64,000 bases of DNA from an uncultured virus (IMG/VR IMGVR_UViG_3300005253_000164) (lineage: Duplodnaviria > Heunggongvirae > Uroviricota > Caudoviricetes). A program made the position numbers and the translations under genes. The notes under the pieces are model-generated. The model was not told the origin of the DNA and made no database searches. It saw only the letters and a program-made list of their open reading frames with translations. The stretch is taken from IMG/VR virus record IMGVR_UViG_3300005253_000164; one strand, written 5' to 3'. Shown here piece after piece: positions 51,701-60,479 of this stretch (positions are counted from its first letter, which is position 1; every line of letters starts with the position of its first letter).

Positions 51701-54700
51701 CAGTTAGTGGGAATAAAAGATGGATTTGATATATATCGTTATTACCATAATATTGATGGGTTGACCTATGATCGACTAACAATTTGGGACTATAACTTTG
51801 GTGCTATGAGATATTATATTGACTATGTGAGATCATTAGATGCATCAATAGACATAATAACACCAACCGATACATATTTACAAATCAATTCAGATCTCGG
51901 AAATAAATATTCAGTCTGGCAGGATAATATTTACTTGGGAATAAAAACCCCAACTGATATAATTCTGAAAAATAATACTGTTGGAACCCATGAGTTTCTT
52001 TTTGTATTGTATGATGCCTTAGCCATAACCGATCTATTAGAAATACCTACAATTTGGGCAATATATAATTATGAAATCATAGCCTCTATTACAGCTTTTC
52101 TAGTCAACGTGCAATCTTTTACCCTTTCTGATGTCTACGTGCAAACATTTGTAACTGCAACCAAGGATGGAACCTATACTGCTTATGAGAACAATACCAA
52201 TATTGGATCTGGTTCATTTGTATTGAGTGGGACTTCAATTCAATCAGTAAGAAATAATGAATTGGGTGTACTTGTACTCTATGCATTAAAATTCCAGAAT
52301 GCCACAGATATTCTCTGGTTCAATACTACTTATTCCAATGCTGCATTAATAACTCCACCCGAAGGACAACCACCAGTGTTTATTGGGATTTGGTATGAGG
52401 GCGAGACAATTCACCTAACAACTGAGTCCAATACCTATGAAGTCAGATCATATTACAAATATATTGATTCGTTTATTATCAAACACGTTATCTGGGTGAT
52501 TCCAACTAACAACATGGATTGGTTCGAATTCTCATTACCACTACACTGGTCCAATGTTACTCTGAATGTAGTGGAAACCACTTTAGGTTCCTATACTGAC
52601 AATAATTATAATTATACAACAATCTATGCAGGAGCAGATTACGTTCTTACTGCTTTTTCGGGAGAAGGATATGGCTCTGATTATCAAAGACAAAAACAGA
52701 TAATGGCATTAGAAGATATAACATCTGATTATATGTTTGATGGTTCATTTGAAAATGGGATGGATGATTGGACAGACAACCCTTCAAACAAATTTGAAAA
52801 TGTAGGTATAACCAGTAATATTGTATCTGATGGAGAATATGCCTTAATCATCAACAGCACAGATGCAACAACAGATTATTTAGAATTCAACAAATTAGAT
52901 TCTGGTGAATACTATATTAGTTTTGATTACTATATTATTGCCTCTGATAATATTGTTTATTTTCAACCATCAATTAATGACGTAGATATAATTTTCGATG
53001 CAACAACAGAAAAAAATAAATGGCATTCTTACTTTTTTTATTTCTTGTTTGATAACTCTATTTACGATTGGATAAGATTTGATGCGTATTCATGGCAGGG
53101 AGAATTCATAATCGATAATATTCGTCTTTGGAAGGCATCTGGACAAATTGAGACAATTGAAAACCAACAATATCAATTTTCTTCTAGTTTTATTTCTTGG
53201 GATGGATACATCAATCCAACTCTACCTATCATTGATGTGGAATATTCGCTTAGGGAACGATTTACAGGTATAGAAATAACATCGCAAACTCTAACAACAA
53301 ATGAACATGGAATCGCCAGCTATACCTTCAAAGGAACTCTAGATACTAGAGAATATGAAAATAGATGGTGGTCTTCTGATTCTTGGTTTGATAATGGATT
53401 TATTGATGATAAAATTGATTTTAGTGAAGATGAAGGATTTAGTGGTGGTGTATATGAAAATTTTAATGGTGTGGATACATATAAAATAACAACTATCGCT
53501 TCTTCTACAGTTTCAATGACAAAAACTCTTTCCACATTGAAAACATATGATGACAATCTTTTATTATCATTTAGAGTTTATAGTGAATTTACTGGTTCTG
53601 GTTGGCAAATTAGAAATATACTATATGACACCGATGGACATATTTATTTCGATATTGGTAATTTAGTAATTCTAAACGAATTTACAACATTCACCTATCA
53701 GTTAAGCGAATATACTGTAACTATTGGAGATCCAGATAAACTCAACAGTTTCTCATTTGGTCATTATGCTTATTCATCTGGTCTTTATGTTTATTGGGAT
53801 TATATCAAATTTATTATGCCTCAAAAAACATATTTCACTCCATTGAGTGCTGGATATGCTCCTTATTCTTACGAGACAAAACAAAGCGGAGAAAAAAATT
53901 ATTGGGATTTTTCAGAAGAAACAACAGAAAACATTTCAGATATTGGTGACGGAACTTACTCATCGACCGATAATGGAACATTGGCTTGGATTGCAGATGG
54001 AACATTAGCTTATGCAAAATTTGAATTTACCAATCTCGATATTGATACCTCTATCTATACTCACTTACAACTGAGAGTAATGGGAAATGAAGATATAAAT
54101 ACAACACAATTATCCGAGATAAAATCGGGATCAACTTCATTCTTTGCTATTTTTGATGGAACTTACAGTACATCAACTAATTGGCAAGTCTTTGAAATAG
54201 ATTTATCAAGTGATCCTGATTGGACAGGGATCATTTCGTCATTGGCACTCACGTTTTACTCTCATGATCTGACAACACTTGAAGGGAATGAAACATTATT
54301 AATTGATCACACTTTTCTTGTTAGTAAAACATATGATGTAGGACGATCATGGGAATTTGATGAGGATCTTCAAGGATGGGATTATAGTTTTATTGGAAGT
54401 CAATTCAATGTTCGTGAATGGAGGGATGGGTCAATGTACTTAGAAACTGATGGAACAGTCGTAAGAGGAACCATTCAACAAATGAATTCCTATTCTTCTG
54501 ATATACAGGCGGGACAAACAATATCTATCAAGATCACATTATCTGGAACTACCAATGTTAGATTATATCTCTATCGCCCAGATTCAGCTAGTTGGAATGC
54601 TGTATGGTTCAATGGACTTAGTGTGGGAGTAAATTATGTCGAATACCTAGTACCTTGGACTGTAAATGGATTAGGTCTGCTATTTGATGAGGGGTATGTT

Positions 54701-57019
54701 GTAAATGGTTATGTTGGTTTCGTTCACATAATTGATGCCGATACTTCCAATCCGCCATTAGAGACAGATACATATTTCCAAATTACACCAAATTCTAATG
54801 AACAATATGCAGTTTGGTTAGATGATGTATATCTCGGTATTAATAATGGAACTAGTATTATTCTAAAAAACAATACTCTGGGTAGTCATATATTTGAATA
54901 TGCCCTTTACAAAAATATTAATAATGACTACTCACCTCAATTGACTACATTAATTCAAAGATATTCATACACTGTAACTGGTGAAGGTAATATGTATATT
55001 CGTTTCCAAAATGCTGTGGGCCAATATATCCCATTCGAATCATTCACATCATATTATAGATTTAATTCAGATCCATATTCTGCATTGGGTGATAATATTA
55101 TACATTTCAGTGAAATGACCTCAACAGTGGATATTTTCATAAATGATACTTATGGAAATACAGTCAATAATGAAATTGGAGTTACATATGATAATTTTCA
55201 TATAATTATAATTGATGCACATGAAATTTTCTTTAGTAACCAAGTATCTCAATCTCTGCTTGTACAATTAAAAATACCTAGTGCAAGTTGGTCAGAATCA
55301 GTTGGATATTGGATTGGATTGGATTCATTCAGAGCCATTATGTTATATAACGGAACCTATGATTACAGAGTTCTGGCATCAGACGGATCAACAATTCTTC
55401 TGGCTTCAACTCCTATTGATATTGATGATGACATAGCAATTGAACTTTCAGAAGAAACAGATCTGGGAATTTATAGTTACATGTGGGATGTTGGATCCAA
55501 TAACATCTCTCTAATTGTAGTGACCAATCATGGGGATGCAACCATATCAGTTTGGGATGAATCTGGTTATGTCGGACAATGGACAGAATCAGACAATATT
55601 GTTTGGGATATTCCTGCAAACATTACTCAATCTATTGTAATATTTAATGTGACAAAAGATGTTCAGAAATATGGTGTATTGGAAAGCCAATCAATCGTTA
55701 GAACATTTACTTATCCTATTACTGCTGATGATTTAGGAATTCTTCAAACAGATGTCAGATTTTTCGAATTAGATGCAGATACATATGCAGTAGAAGCAAG
55801 TTCCAATCATGAAAATACAACTATTGTGATAACACATGATGGAGTTGAAACAGACAATGAGACTTTGGGAGTATATGGATTATTTGGAATAACAAAAGCA
55901 ACAGCAGGGGGCTTCCATAACGTGACAGTAATAATTAGTTGGACCAACTCAACAGGCTCAACATTCACAAATACTTACATATTTGACTATTGGGTTGATA
56001 ATTACTATTCTGCAACATACGAAGTTCTTCCTAACTCACCTGGATTGAAAATTGCATCAAATGAAATAAATATGCGATCATTCAATGTATATGTTGACGA
56101 AGTTCTCATCACTCCTTTACTCCCAGATGATTTAAGACAACAAACAACAGCAAATATCAATTATACTGTAATCTATGATGGATATTTATTTATTCGTTCT
56201 ACAACGTACCTTCATAACATTACTATCAAAGACAAATGGGATTACCCACTATTCCGTAATGAAACAGATATGAGGGAGTATACTCATTTAGTAATTGAAT
56301 TGCCTCTTGTAAGAGCAACTTTTGTAAGTGAAAGAGATGAAGATGTTGAGGTTGATATGTATCTTTTCAATATAACTTCAGAAGAATACGAACTCTCTGG
56401 ATCAGTAAGTGTTGCAGCACACCAGATTGTTGATGGAGTCTGGGTGATTGCGGGTCAATATGCAATACGTGTCTGGGGAGTTTCAACAGATGAAGTCTTA
56501 ATAAATTCAGAAACAACAACAGTTCAAGTATTTGCAGAAGATGTTGAATATAGAGAAGGAAATAAGGAAGATTTTGGTGGTTTAAGCGGGGATGGAATCA
56601 ATTCTACTTTGTGTGCGATTAATCCTGCTTCATGTGGAGTACAATATGGATATAAAATTTTCAAATTGCAAAAATATTCATATAGTTCTGAAAGTTCTAC
56701 TGATCCCTTTTCAGATCAAGGGTGGTTAGCAACAGCTCAAATATGGATTGTACAAGTCTGGACAGATTATAAATATTGGATCATCGGTGTAGTAGTTGTA
56801 GTTATTGCGGCATTTATTCTGTTTGGGAACCTTGTAAGCATTAAAAATCTCTTCAAGAAGAAGAAAGTGAAGATAGAAAAAACTACGAAACTTCCAACTC
56901 CACAACAGCGGAGAGAGGGTGGAGCAGGAATTCCTGTGTACTCCAAGAATAAACCACCGCAAAAATCACCTCTACCAACGATTACATCAAGAAAGAAACG
57001 CAAATTACCAAAGCGATGA
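45755..57019 (+). CDS. Giant (3754 aa) type I membrane adhesin: NHL propeller plus about 970-aa super-repeats
   Basis: Signal peptide; six NHL repeats; duplicated scaffold blocks; C-terminal TM and basic Pro-rich tail. Confidence 0.85.
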   Translation: MIAQKHNKIISLLLIILFSAIIVPSEFIPDKLISNSLNDSQSEIDEGLPSFLNDLNNNDALAPDINKTSLQKNSMVNNPSVYPTSNLLVSDTIANTWYNGEKIKVDFNSKNNTVKSLDFSTKTDFDFLLEWGSTGTGDSEFDVPYFIDVDSTGNVYVADMINDRVQKFDSTGTFLLEWGTPGTGDGQFGTNSPQGIAVDSFGDVYVTDPTNDRIQKFNNTGTYLSQFGTGGTGNGQFDLPGGIAVDSSGNIYVADTYNHRVQIFNSTHDYISLFGSSGSGDGQFSYPLDIAVDSLANIYVVDTVNHRVQKFNSTNDYVSQFGSQGTGDAEFDFPQSIAIDVSGNLYVVDAQNNRIQKFDSSATYLSQFGQGPIGGGGTGEGEFDGPQSVAVAINGDIYVVDQSNDRIQKFGQTVTATTPLGELPFSSIIVDAARANGTISETVDLGFTYYDLVNPSELGIIFSWSTKKSAIYTPIFTPQELSLSVDPNAIYSASELKITLTFTYSGQGGFTAEISAFDTGLNQLISTSTTSGVDYFAFDNSIIKIDSVWAKSPQFSADIPSQFKYTSNYESIIHVINVAVFDYRIPLEIYAPLNWTYSSINPSAIITYNPTDNTYEATNTVPTTYEITFTSGNNYSMAIEDRKDLLKSPSFEDNFDDWEESTTNPFDTIERQTQIVSNGIFALNLTDSNSFGELLFKPSGNNFSDGTYYISFDYYVIDLPEDDYYFIYKENGTLISNSLPTTLNRWHKLYYEIQLSDGIINLVKLSFQSASGSYHVLIDNVFVGKNSQTVITKNASEYVFSAYFMRWDGYGNPIFPYVTVDLSLTDVFGTEIFNTTVSTNQLGYSEYTYSGVISEQNYFVNWTSLESGWVNSQIESILPQLASKTSIRDFDFSEESIETMINLDADTTSFEDNLLNITSTGGDYWGFYNTFTTTNKDYSISAKMQRTGGTNSFMGITFFDTPGTSLSDDVFLIRPGSFDTILRVDGIETNPVLQTFSDTWYNIRADVTETQVKVYVNNILIATRINTNSRTNPSMGLYGFDSNAQVDFIRYSMLSNPDLLIAETETYSNSLNNSLINSVYSDNNYLGQYTDLTLIPLNLTGGSHNLTILPTKNVVDGLYTPEYSAVSTYTYTISEGGPFLVNVQSFSLSDNYVQTFVSATKDGTYTVYENNTNIGSGNFVLSGTAIQSIRENELGVLVFYALKFQNDTDVIWFNTTYSNAALATPPEGQPPVFIGVWYEGETIHIIDSLYNTFDIKSYYVYVNEFIIKHVVWAIPTNNLDWLEFSLPTHWSNVSLNIIETSLGDNTNNNYNYTTIYAGADYVLTAYSGEGYGYDYARQKQILAIEDISSDYLTDPGFETGFSDWFGGIAEPFTTISINSSIVYDGSFSLRLDQQNSYYAYLNKITILDAGEYYISFAYYIESIDFTFKIYTYNGGWDIMDVASASNVLNRWNTFNSFITLDGDTDGLNRQIILNFDDPTANGVIFIDNIRLWKASGSIENTAYSENTFSAQFISWDGYMNPTLSDIDVEWSLRDRTADTEIISQSLTTDEYGIASYTFKGTLEPKEYTNEWWSWYGLDYSLQELGDYWDFDEDIDSWQNANNYAISNVDGTMVGEATTVGAIHRGGLTIDADIYDKFSFYMNSNISSGSYISYLYFTALGYTEVVDILDISTTYSLISFDLSSDLIIPNWNGSMSTSVGLRINTPNPIKVTFDYIKLTMAQKSYFTPISAGSAPYSYETKYDGSDNYFDFSEGTENTESNVGSTIVNENGYLNVSDSSILTAFFGGISVISVDADFYNVIQIRIRTPNTAGLGLGFLFFNGATAITDTKSLAANDTWYTLEFPTNSDWSSTETNIEFYAYAITGITIIFNIDYIHLVHKTQDSGYSFDFNEEWGDIDESIGFNGWTTLYDGARESLTIENGVVDLAITNNWGGMVYIFDEAQPLTTSIGFEVKIKHISGVDSLSFEFKSDGINIKYLTITSMQLVGIKDGFDIYRYYHNIDGLTYDRLTIWDYNFGAMRYYIDYVRSLDASIDIITPTDTYLQINSDLGNKYSVWQDNIYLGIKTPTDIILKNNTVGTHEFLFVLYDALAITDLLEIPTIWAIYNYEIIASITAFLVNVQSFTLSDVYVQTFVTATKDGTYTAYENNTNIGSGSFVLSGTSIQSVRNNELGVLVLYALKFQNATDILWFNTTYSNAALITPPEGQPPVFIGIWYEGETIHLTTESNTYEVRSYYKYIDSFIIKHVIWVIPTNNMDWFEFSLPLHWSNVTLNVVETTLGSYTDNNYNYTTIYAGADYVLTAFSGEGYGSDYQRQKQIMALEDITSDYMFDGSFENGMDDWTDNPSNKFENVGITSNIVSDGEYALIINSTDATTDYLEFNKLDSGEYYISFDYYIIASDNIVYFQPSINDVDIIFDATTEKNKWHSYFFYFLFDNSIYDWIRFDAYSWQGEFIIDNIRLWKASGQIETIENQQYQFSSSFISWDGYINPTLPIIDVEYSLRERFTGIEITSQTLTTNEHGIASYTFKGTLDTREYENRWWSSDSWFDNGFIDDKIDFSEDEGFSGGVYENFNGVDTYKITTIASSTVSMTKTLSTLKTYDDNLLLSFRVYSEFTGSGWQIRNILYDTDGHIYFDIGNLVILNEFTTFTYQLSEYTVTIGDPDKLNSFSFGHYAYSSGLYVYWDYIKFIMPQKTYFTPLSAGYAPYSYETKQSGEKNYWDFSEETTENISDIGDGTYSSTDNGTLAWIADGTLAYAKFEFTNLDIDTSIYTHLQLRVMGNEDINTTQLSEIKSGSTSFFAIFDGTYSTSTNWQVFEIDLSSDPDWTGIISSLALTFYSHDLTTLEGNETLLIDHTFLVSKTYDVGRSWEFDEDLQGWDYSFIGSQFNVREWRDGSMYLETDGTVVRGTIQQMNSYSSDIQAGQTISIKITLSGTTNVRLYLYRPDSASWNAVWFNGLSVGVNYVEYLVPWTVNGLGLLFDEGYVVNGYVGFVHIIDADTSNPPLETDTYFQITPNSNEQYAVWLDDVYLGINNGTSIILKNNTLGSHIFEYALYKNINNDYSPQLTTLIQRYSYTVTGEGNMYIRFQNAVGQYIPFESFTSYYRFNSDPYSALGDNIIHFSEMTSTVDIFINDTYGNTVNNEIGVTYDNFHIIIIDAHEIFFSNQVSQSLLVQLKIPSASWSESVGYWIGLDSFRAIMLYNGTYDYRVLASDGSTILLASTPIDIDDDIAIELSEETDLGIYSYMWDVGSNNISLIVVTNHGDATISVWDESGYVGQWTESDNIVWDIPANITQSIVIFNVTKDVQKYGVLESQSIVRTFTYPITADDLGILQTDVRFFELDADTYAVEASSNHENTTIVITHDGVETDNETLGVYGLFGITKATAGGFHNVTVIISWTNSTGSTFTNTYIFDYWVDNYYSATYEVLPNSPGLKIASNEINMRSFNVYVDEVLITPLLPDDLRQQTTANINYTVIYDGYLFIRSTTYLHNITIKDKWDYPLFRNETDMREYTHLVIELPLVRATFVSERDEDVEVDMYLFNITSEEYELSGSVSVAAHQIVDGVWVIAGQYAIRVWGVSTDEVLINSETTTVQVFAEDVEYREGNKEDFGGLSGDGINSTLCAINPASCGVQYGYKIFKLQKYSYSSESSTDPFSDQGWLATAQIWIVQVWTDYKYWIIGVVVVVIAAFILFGNLVSIKNLFKKKKVKIEKTTKLPTPQQRREGGAGIPVYSKNKPPQKSPLPTITSRKKRKLPKR
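46130..46990 (+). repeat. Six NHL repeats (6-bladed beta-propeller)
   Basis: G..G.GDGQF..P..IAVD..GNVYV.D..N.R.QKF six times. Confidence 0.9.
49169..52735 (+). repeat. Intragenic long duplication, about 49169-49807 versus 52097-52735
   Basis: FLVNVQSF.LSD.YVQTFV...PPEGQPPVFIG.WYEGETIH...IYAGADYVLTA; offset about 2.93 kb. Confidence 0.9.
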
Positions 57020-57065
57020 TAATAAAAGCACTACATTAATAAAATACCGTACACTAAATTAATAT

Positions 57066-57713
57066 GTGAGAATCAAATTATTCCTTCCGATAGTATTATT
57101 ATTTTTATTACTATTTCCATCTTTTTCATCTGCTGACTTTGAAGCAGGAGAAACTGGTGAAGGAATTCAAATTTATACCGAATCTGGTTATATGGGATCC
57201 ACTCCATTTGTCTTACTTATTGCATCAGAATTAGCAAATAATTCAGAAGCGAGAGGTTGGGAGATGTCAATTGCAGTAATTGTTAATGAGGATGTTTCAT
57301 ATTATATACAAGCAATAGATTCCCATTCTGATCTGAAAGGAGAAGAAGCAAATGCAATTCCATATGACGAAGGAAAAGTCGTTGGGACACAATCATTTGG
57401 GCCTTGGTTTGTTCGTTCTGATGACACATCGCTTTATGGTGATTTATACTGGCATATTTATGTCAGAGACTTGACAGGAAGAGAAATTTATCTTTATGTT
57501 TTCATGCGTTGGGGGGAAGGTCTTTTGGCACCCCCTGGCATCAATGATGGAATAGATGATGAAGCAGTTGTTGCAAAATATTCAACAGGGAATTTAATTG
57601 TCATTATTATGGAAGTAATGATAACATTGGTTGCAACTTTATATTTTACTTATAATAAGCAGAAGAATAAACATATTCAACCGAAAGATTTATTCAAGGC
57701 GGATGCATTATAA
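57066..57713 (+). CDS. Type I membrane protein
   Basis: Signal peptide and C-terminal TM; TAATG coupling to the next gene. Confidence 0.72.
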   Translation: MRIKLFLPIVLLFLLLFPSFSSADFEAGETGEGIQIYTESGYMGSTPFVLLIASELANNSEARGWEMSIAVIVNEDVSYYIQAIDSHSDLKGEEANAIPYDEGKVVGTQSFGPWFVRSDDTSLYGDLYWHIYVRDLTGREIYLYVFMRWGEGLLAPPGINDGIDDEAVVAKYSTGNLIVIIMEVMITLVATLYFTYNKQKNKHIQPKDLFKADAL

Positions 57714-58792
57714 TGTCAGAACAAGACTTATCCAATCAAAAATATGAAGCTAAATTTCTTGGAGAGGATGTAGGTCAAGGAACAGATGGATGGGCAGATA
57801 GAGGTGCTGCAATGTCGATCCGAGCAGATGCAACTCTCCATCATTTCAAAGACATATTTTGGTATAAAATAATTTTTGAGAATTCAAAAATGATAAAACG
57901 AATTTTCCAATTAATTTTATTAGGTATCATAATTTACATTATAGTGGTTGCTTTTCAAACAGGAGATGCAGGAATAGTTTTGGATCGAATATTAAGTATA
58001 CTCATTTTTATTTTTGAATTATTATTCGGAATTATTAAATTATTTTTTACAATATTCTTCACTAATATTTACACAGCATTTCCTTTCTGGGTATTTGCAA
58101 TAACTAGATCTCTCATCATTTTATTGATGTCACAACAACATGGAGTATTCATGTTGGGATGGTTTGAACCCCCAAAAACTTTCAAACAGGTAATTTTCCA
58201 TAAATATCTTGATGATGCATCTAGACCTTACATTGGAATTAGGACTTCTTTTTGGAGAAGATTACTTTGGGGGATAGAACGCTATCCACTTCATGAGGAC
58301 CTATATGCTAATTTTACAAACCAATTGAATATAGAAATTCAAGAAGTTGCACCTAGCTCTGGTGCAGTAGAAGTTTTTACTGGAACTGGCATTATTCTTA
58401 TAGATCCAGATTTAGAAGATGGTGAACCAATTGATGTTAATAGTATTTTCAGAATTATTGAAAGACCTTCTGGAGAGGAAGGAATGGTTTATCGTGCTGC
58501 ATACGCTGATCTTGATCATGCAGCTCCAGTTGCATTTCTTCAAAGTGTTTTCTATGGACAAACAGTTGAATATTGGAGGCAATATTCAGATGAGAGAGAA
58601 AAGAGAATGGAGATGGAAGCTGAATTGCAATATCAACAATATGGTGGTCATCTGAAGAAACTGAAAGAATTCTATCCATCTGCAGAAGGGATGGCATCAG
58701 AATATCTTGATGAAGATTGGATAGATCCAGATAGCTTCCGTTTCTTTGATAATGTCAAAGAAAGACAAAGAGCAAGGAAGGAGGCAAAATAA
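57713..58792 (+). CDS. Membrane protein (about 3 TM) with cytoplasmic domain
   Basis: Hydrophobic segments; TAATG coupling. Confidence 0.72.
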   Translation: MSEQDLSNQKYEAKFLGEDVGQGTDGWADRGAAMSIRADATLHHFKDIFWYKIIFENSKMIKRIFQLILLGIIIYIIVVAFQTGDAGIVLDRILSILIFIFELLFGIIKLFFTIFFTNIYTAFPFWVFAITRSLIILLMSQQHGVFMLGWFEPPKTFKQVIFHKYLDDASRPYIGIRTSFWRRLLWGIERYPLHEDLYANFTNQLNIEIQEVAPSSGAVEVFTGTGIILIDPDLEDGEPIDVNSIFRIIERPSGEEGMVYRAAYADLDHAAPVAFLQSVFYGQTVEYWRQYSDEREKRMEMEAELQYQQYGGHLKKLKEFYPSAEGMASEYLDEDWIDPDSFRFFDNVKERQRARKEAK

Positions 58793-60087
58793 TGTCATCA
58801 TCCAAAAGAAATGAAGAACTTCAACGATTAGCATCTTCTTTTATGTATCCTACTTATGTAGATGGGATTCATATAGGTGATTCTGGACTAACAAAAAGTT
58901 ATTTGGCAGAAGAAAGAGCACATGAAGCAGCATTCAATAAAGATTTATTTGATGTAGAAAATGAATTTTCTCCAGATAGATGGAGAAACGCAAAAGGATC
59001 TTTTTATTATGATTTAAGGGAAGAACAAGTATGGGATGAAGAGAAAGAAGATTATGTAGCTAAGCAAATTAGGGAGAAAAAAACCAGATTCCATAGAAAC
59101 ACAGTGGCAGGAAAATTATTCTTAGCTAGAATGAGAACCCATCTTCTTAGATATAGTGACGAAGCTTATGGTCGAACATCACAACGAATGGGTGATGATA
59201 ATGCCATCTTAGCAGGAGTCACTTCTAATTTCAAAGAGTTAGAAATAAGTAAAGATAAGATGGGAAATACGGACATGACAATTCATGGGAGAGACATGGT
59301 TGAAGTTGGATTAATGTATAAGAATCCATTTCAATACGCATGGTTGCAATATGAGAAATTATTGCAAAATGAAGACCATCGAATTCGTTTCGATGGGGAT
59401 GTTCAACCAGATAGGGTAGTAGAATCGGTAATAAGAAAATATATTTTAGCTATTCATCATGCATTGAACTCATATTTTGTTTTTAGGATACACAACATGT
59501 TTACAGACGCATACGATATGGGCATAAAAGATGCTCAAAAACTAAATGAGCAATTCACTCAATATCTGAACAAAGCAACAATTGCTAAAGAGGTTTGGGA
59601 AGGTGAATTCAGAGGCACTATCAGTGACGCAAACGCAGAAGTAAAAGTGTTGGGTGATAGGGCAACAAACCTCTTGAAGAATTTCGAGGTTATTATAGAG
59701 ATGATTATTACGGAAGATGGAGCAATCTCTTCTTGGGCAAAGACATTGGAACAAATATTAGCTTTTGCTGACCATGCAGATAATAGAATCGATGAAGTAA
59801 TCGATAAACTGGACATGGTTAGAAAGAAAGGAGTAGGGGCAACTAATAATATCAATAAACGTAATAAAGAAGTAATTGATGGAATAGAAGAAAGAATTGG
59901 AGTCAAAAATTTTCAGAATCTAGTAAAGAAAATTGGGACTAAAGACTTCTTTGTTATTGATCAAACACAACTTAGGACAGAAAATGATGTACTTGGTATG
60001 CCTCAAGTCAAAGCAGAGGTAGAGAACATTCCAAAAAGCAGCCACCTTGGAATGTTAATAATAAAAGTAAAGAGTTGGTTGAAATAA
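58792..60087 (+). CDS. Hypothetical protein with helical/coiled-coil C-terminal half
   Basis: 431-aa coupled ORF; GGAGG RBS. Confidence 0.72.
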   Translation: MSSSKRNEELQRLASSFMYPTYVDGIHIGDSGLTKSYLAEERAHEAAFNKDLFDVENEFSPDRWRNAKGSFYYDLREEQVWDEEKEDYVAKQIREKKTRFHRNTVAGKLFLARMRTHLLRYSDEAYGRTSQRMGDDNAILAGVTSNFKELEISKDKMGNTDMTIHGRDMVEVGLMYKNPFQYAWLQYEKLLQNEDHRIRFDGDVQPDRVVESVIRKYILAIHHALNSYFVFRIHNMFTDAYDMGIKDAQKLNEQFTQYLNKATIAKEVWEGEFRGTISDANAEVKVLGDRATNLLKNFEVIIEMIITEDGAISSWAKTLEQILAFADHADNRIDEVIDKLDMVRKKGVGATNNINKRNKEVIDGIEERIGVKNFQNLVKKIGTKDFFVIDQTQLRTENDVLGMPQVKAEVENIPKSSHLGMLIIKVKSWLK

Positions 60088-60479
60088 GCTCTTTTCCAAT
60101 GGCCTATAAAACAAAGATAGTAATTAGGGATCTATTTACTAGATCTTCATCTTTAGTTAGGATAACTCAATCAGTTATCGATCAATTTGAGGAAATGCGT
60201 CAGATTGATGGAGATATGCCTTTAGTAAAGTTAAGAGATTTCATCAATGAAATAGAGGAAGTATTATTCTATTTAGAATCAATTTTTGAATGGATGATAA
60301 TTAGATTAGAATCTCTTGTTGCAAAATATGTACAGGCAAATCAAAAACTTCTTGAGGTAGGCAATGAATTAGTGGCAGATATTGACTTGTCTCCATTGGA
60401 AGATGCAAGCATGATTTACAGTACATTATCAATACTCTCGAAATTAATAAAGGCGTTTGAACAAGATGAGCCTGAGTAA
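60075..60479 (+). CDS. Acidic helical-bundle protein
   Basis: Overlaps both neighbours. Confidence 0.6.
   Translation: MVEISSFPMAYKTKIVIRDLFTRSSSLVRITQSVIDQFEEMRQIDGDMPLVKLRDFINEIEEVLFYLESIFEWMIIRLESLVAKYVQANQKLLEVGNELVADIDLSPLEDASMIYSTLSILSKLIKAFEQDEPE

Noticed and set aside
49169..53932. Duplicated blocks as a DGR template/variable repeat pair
   Set aside because: Both copies are in-frame coding, the differences are not adenine-specific, and no reverse transcriptase is present in the window.
56840..57019. ESCRT late-domain motifs in the Pro-rich tail of the giant adhesin
   Set aside because: No canonical PTAP/PSAP, PPxY or YPxL motif is present.
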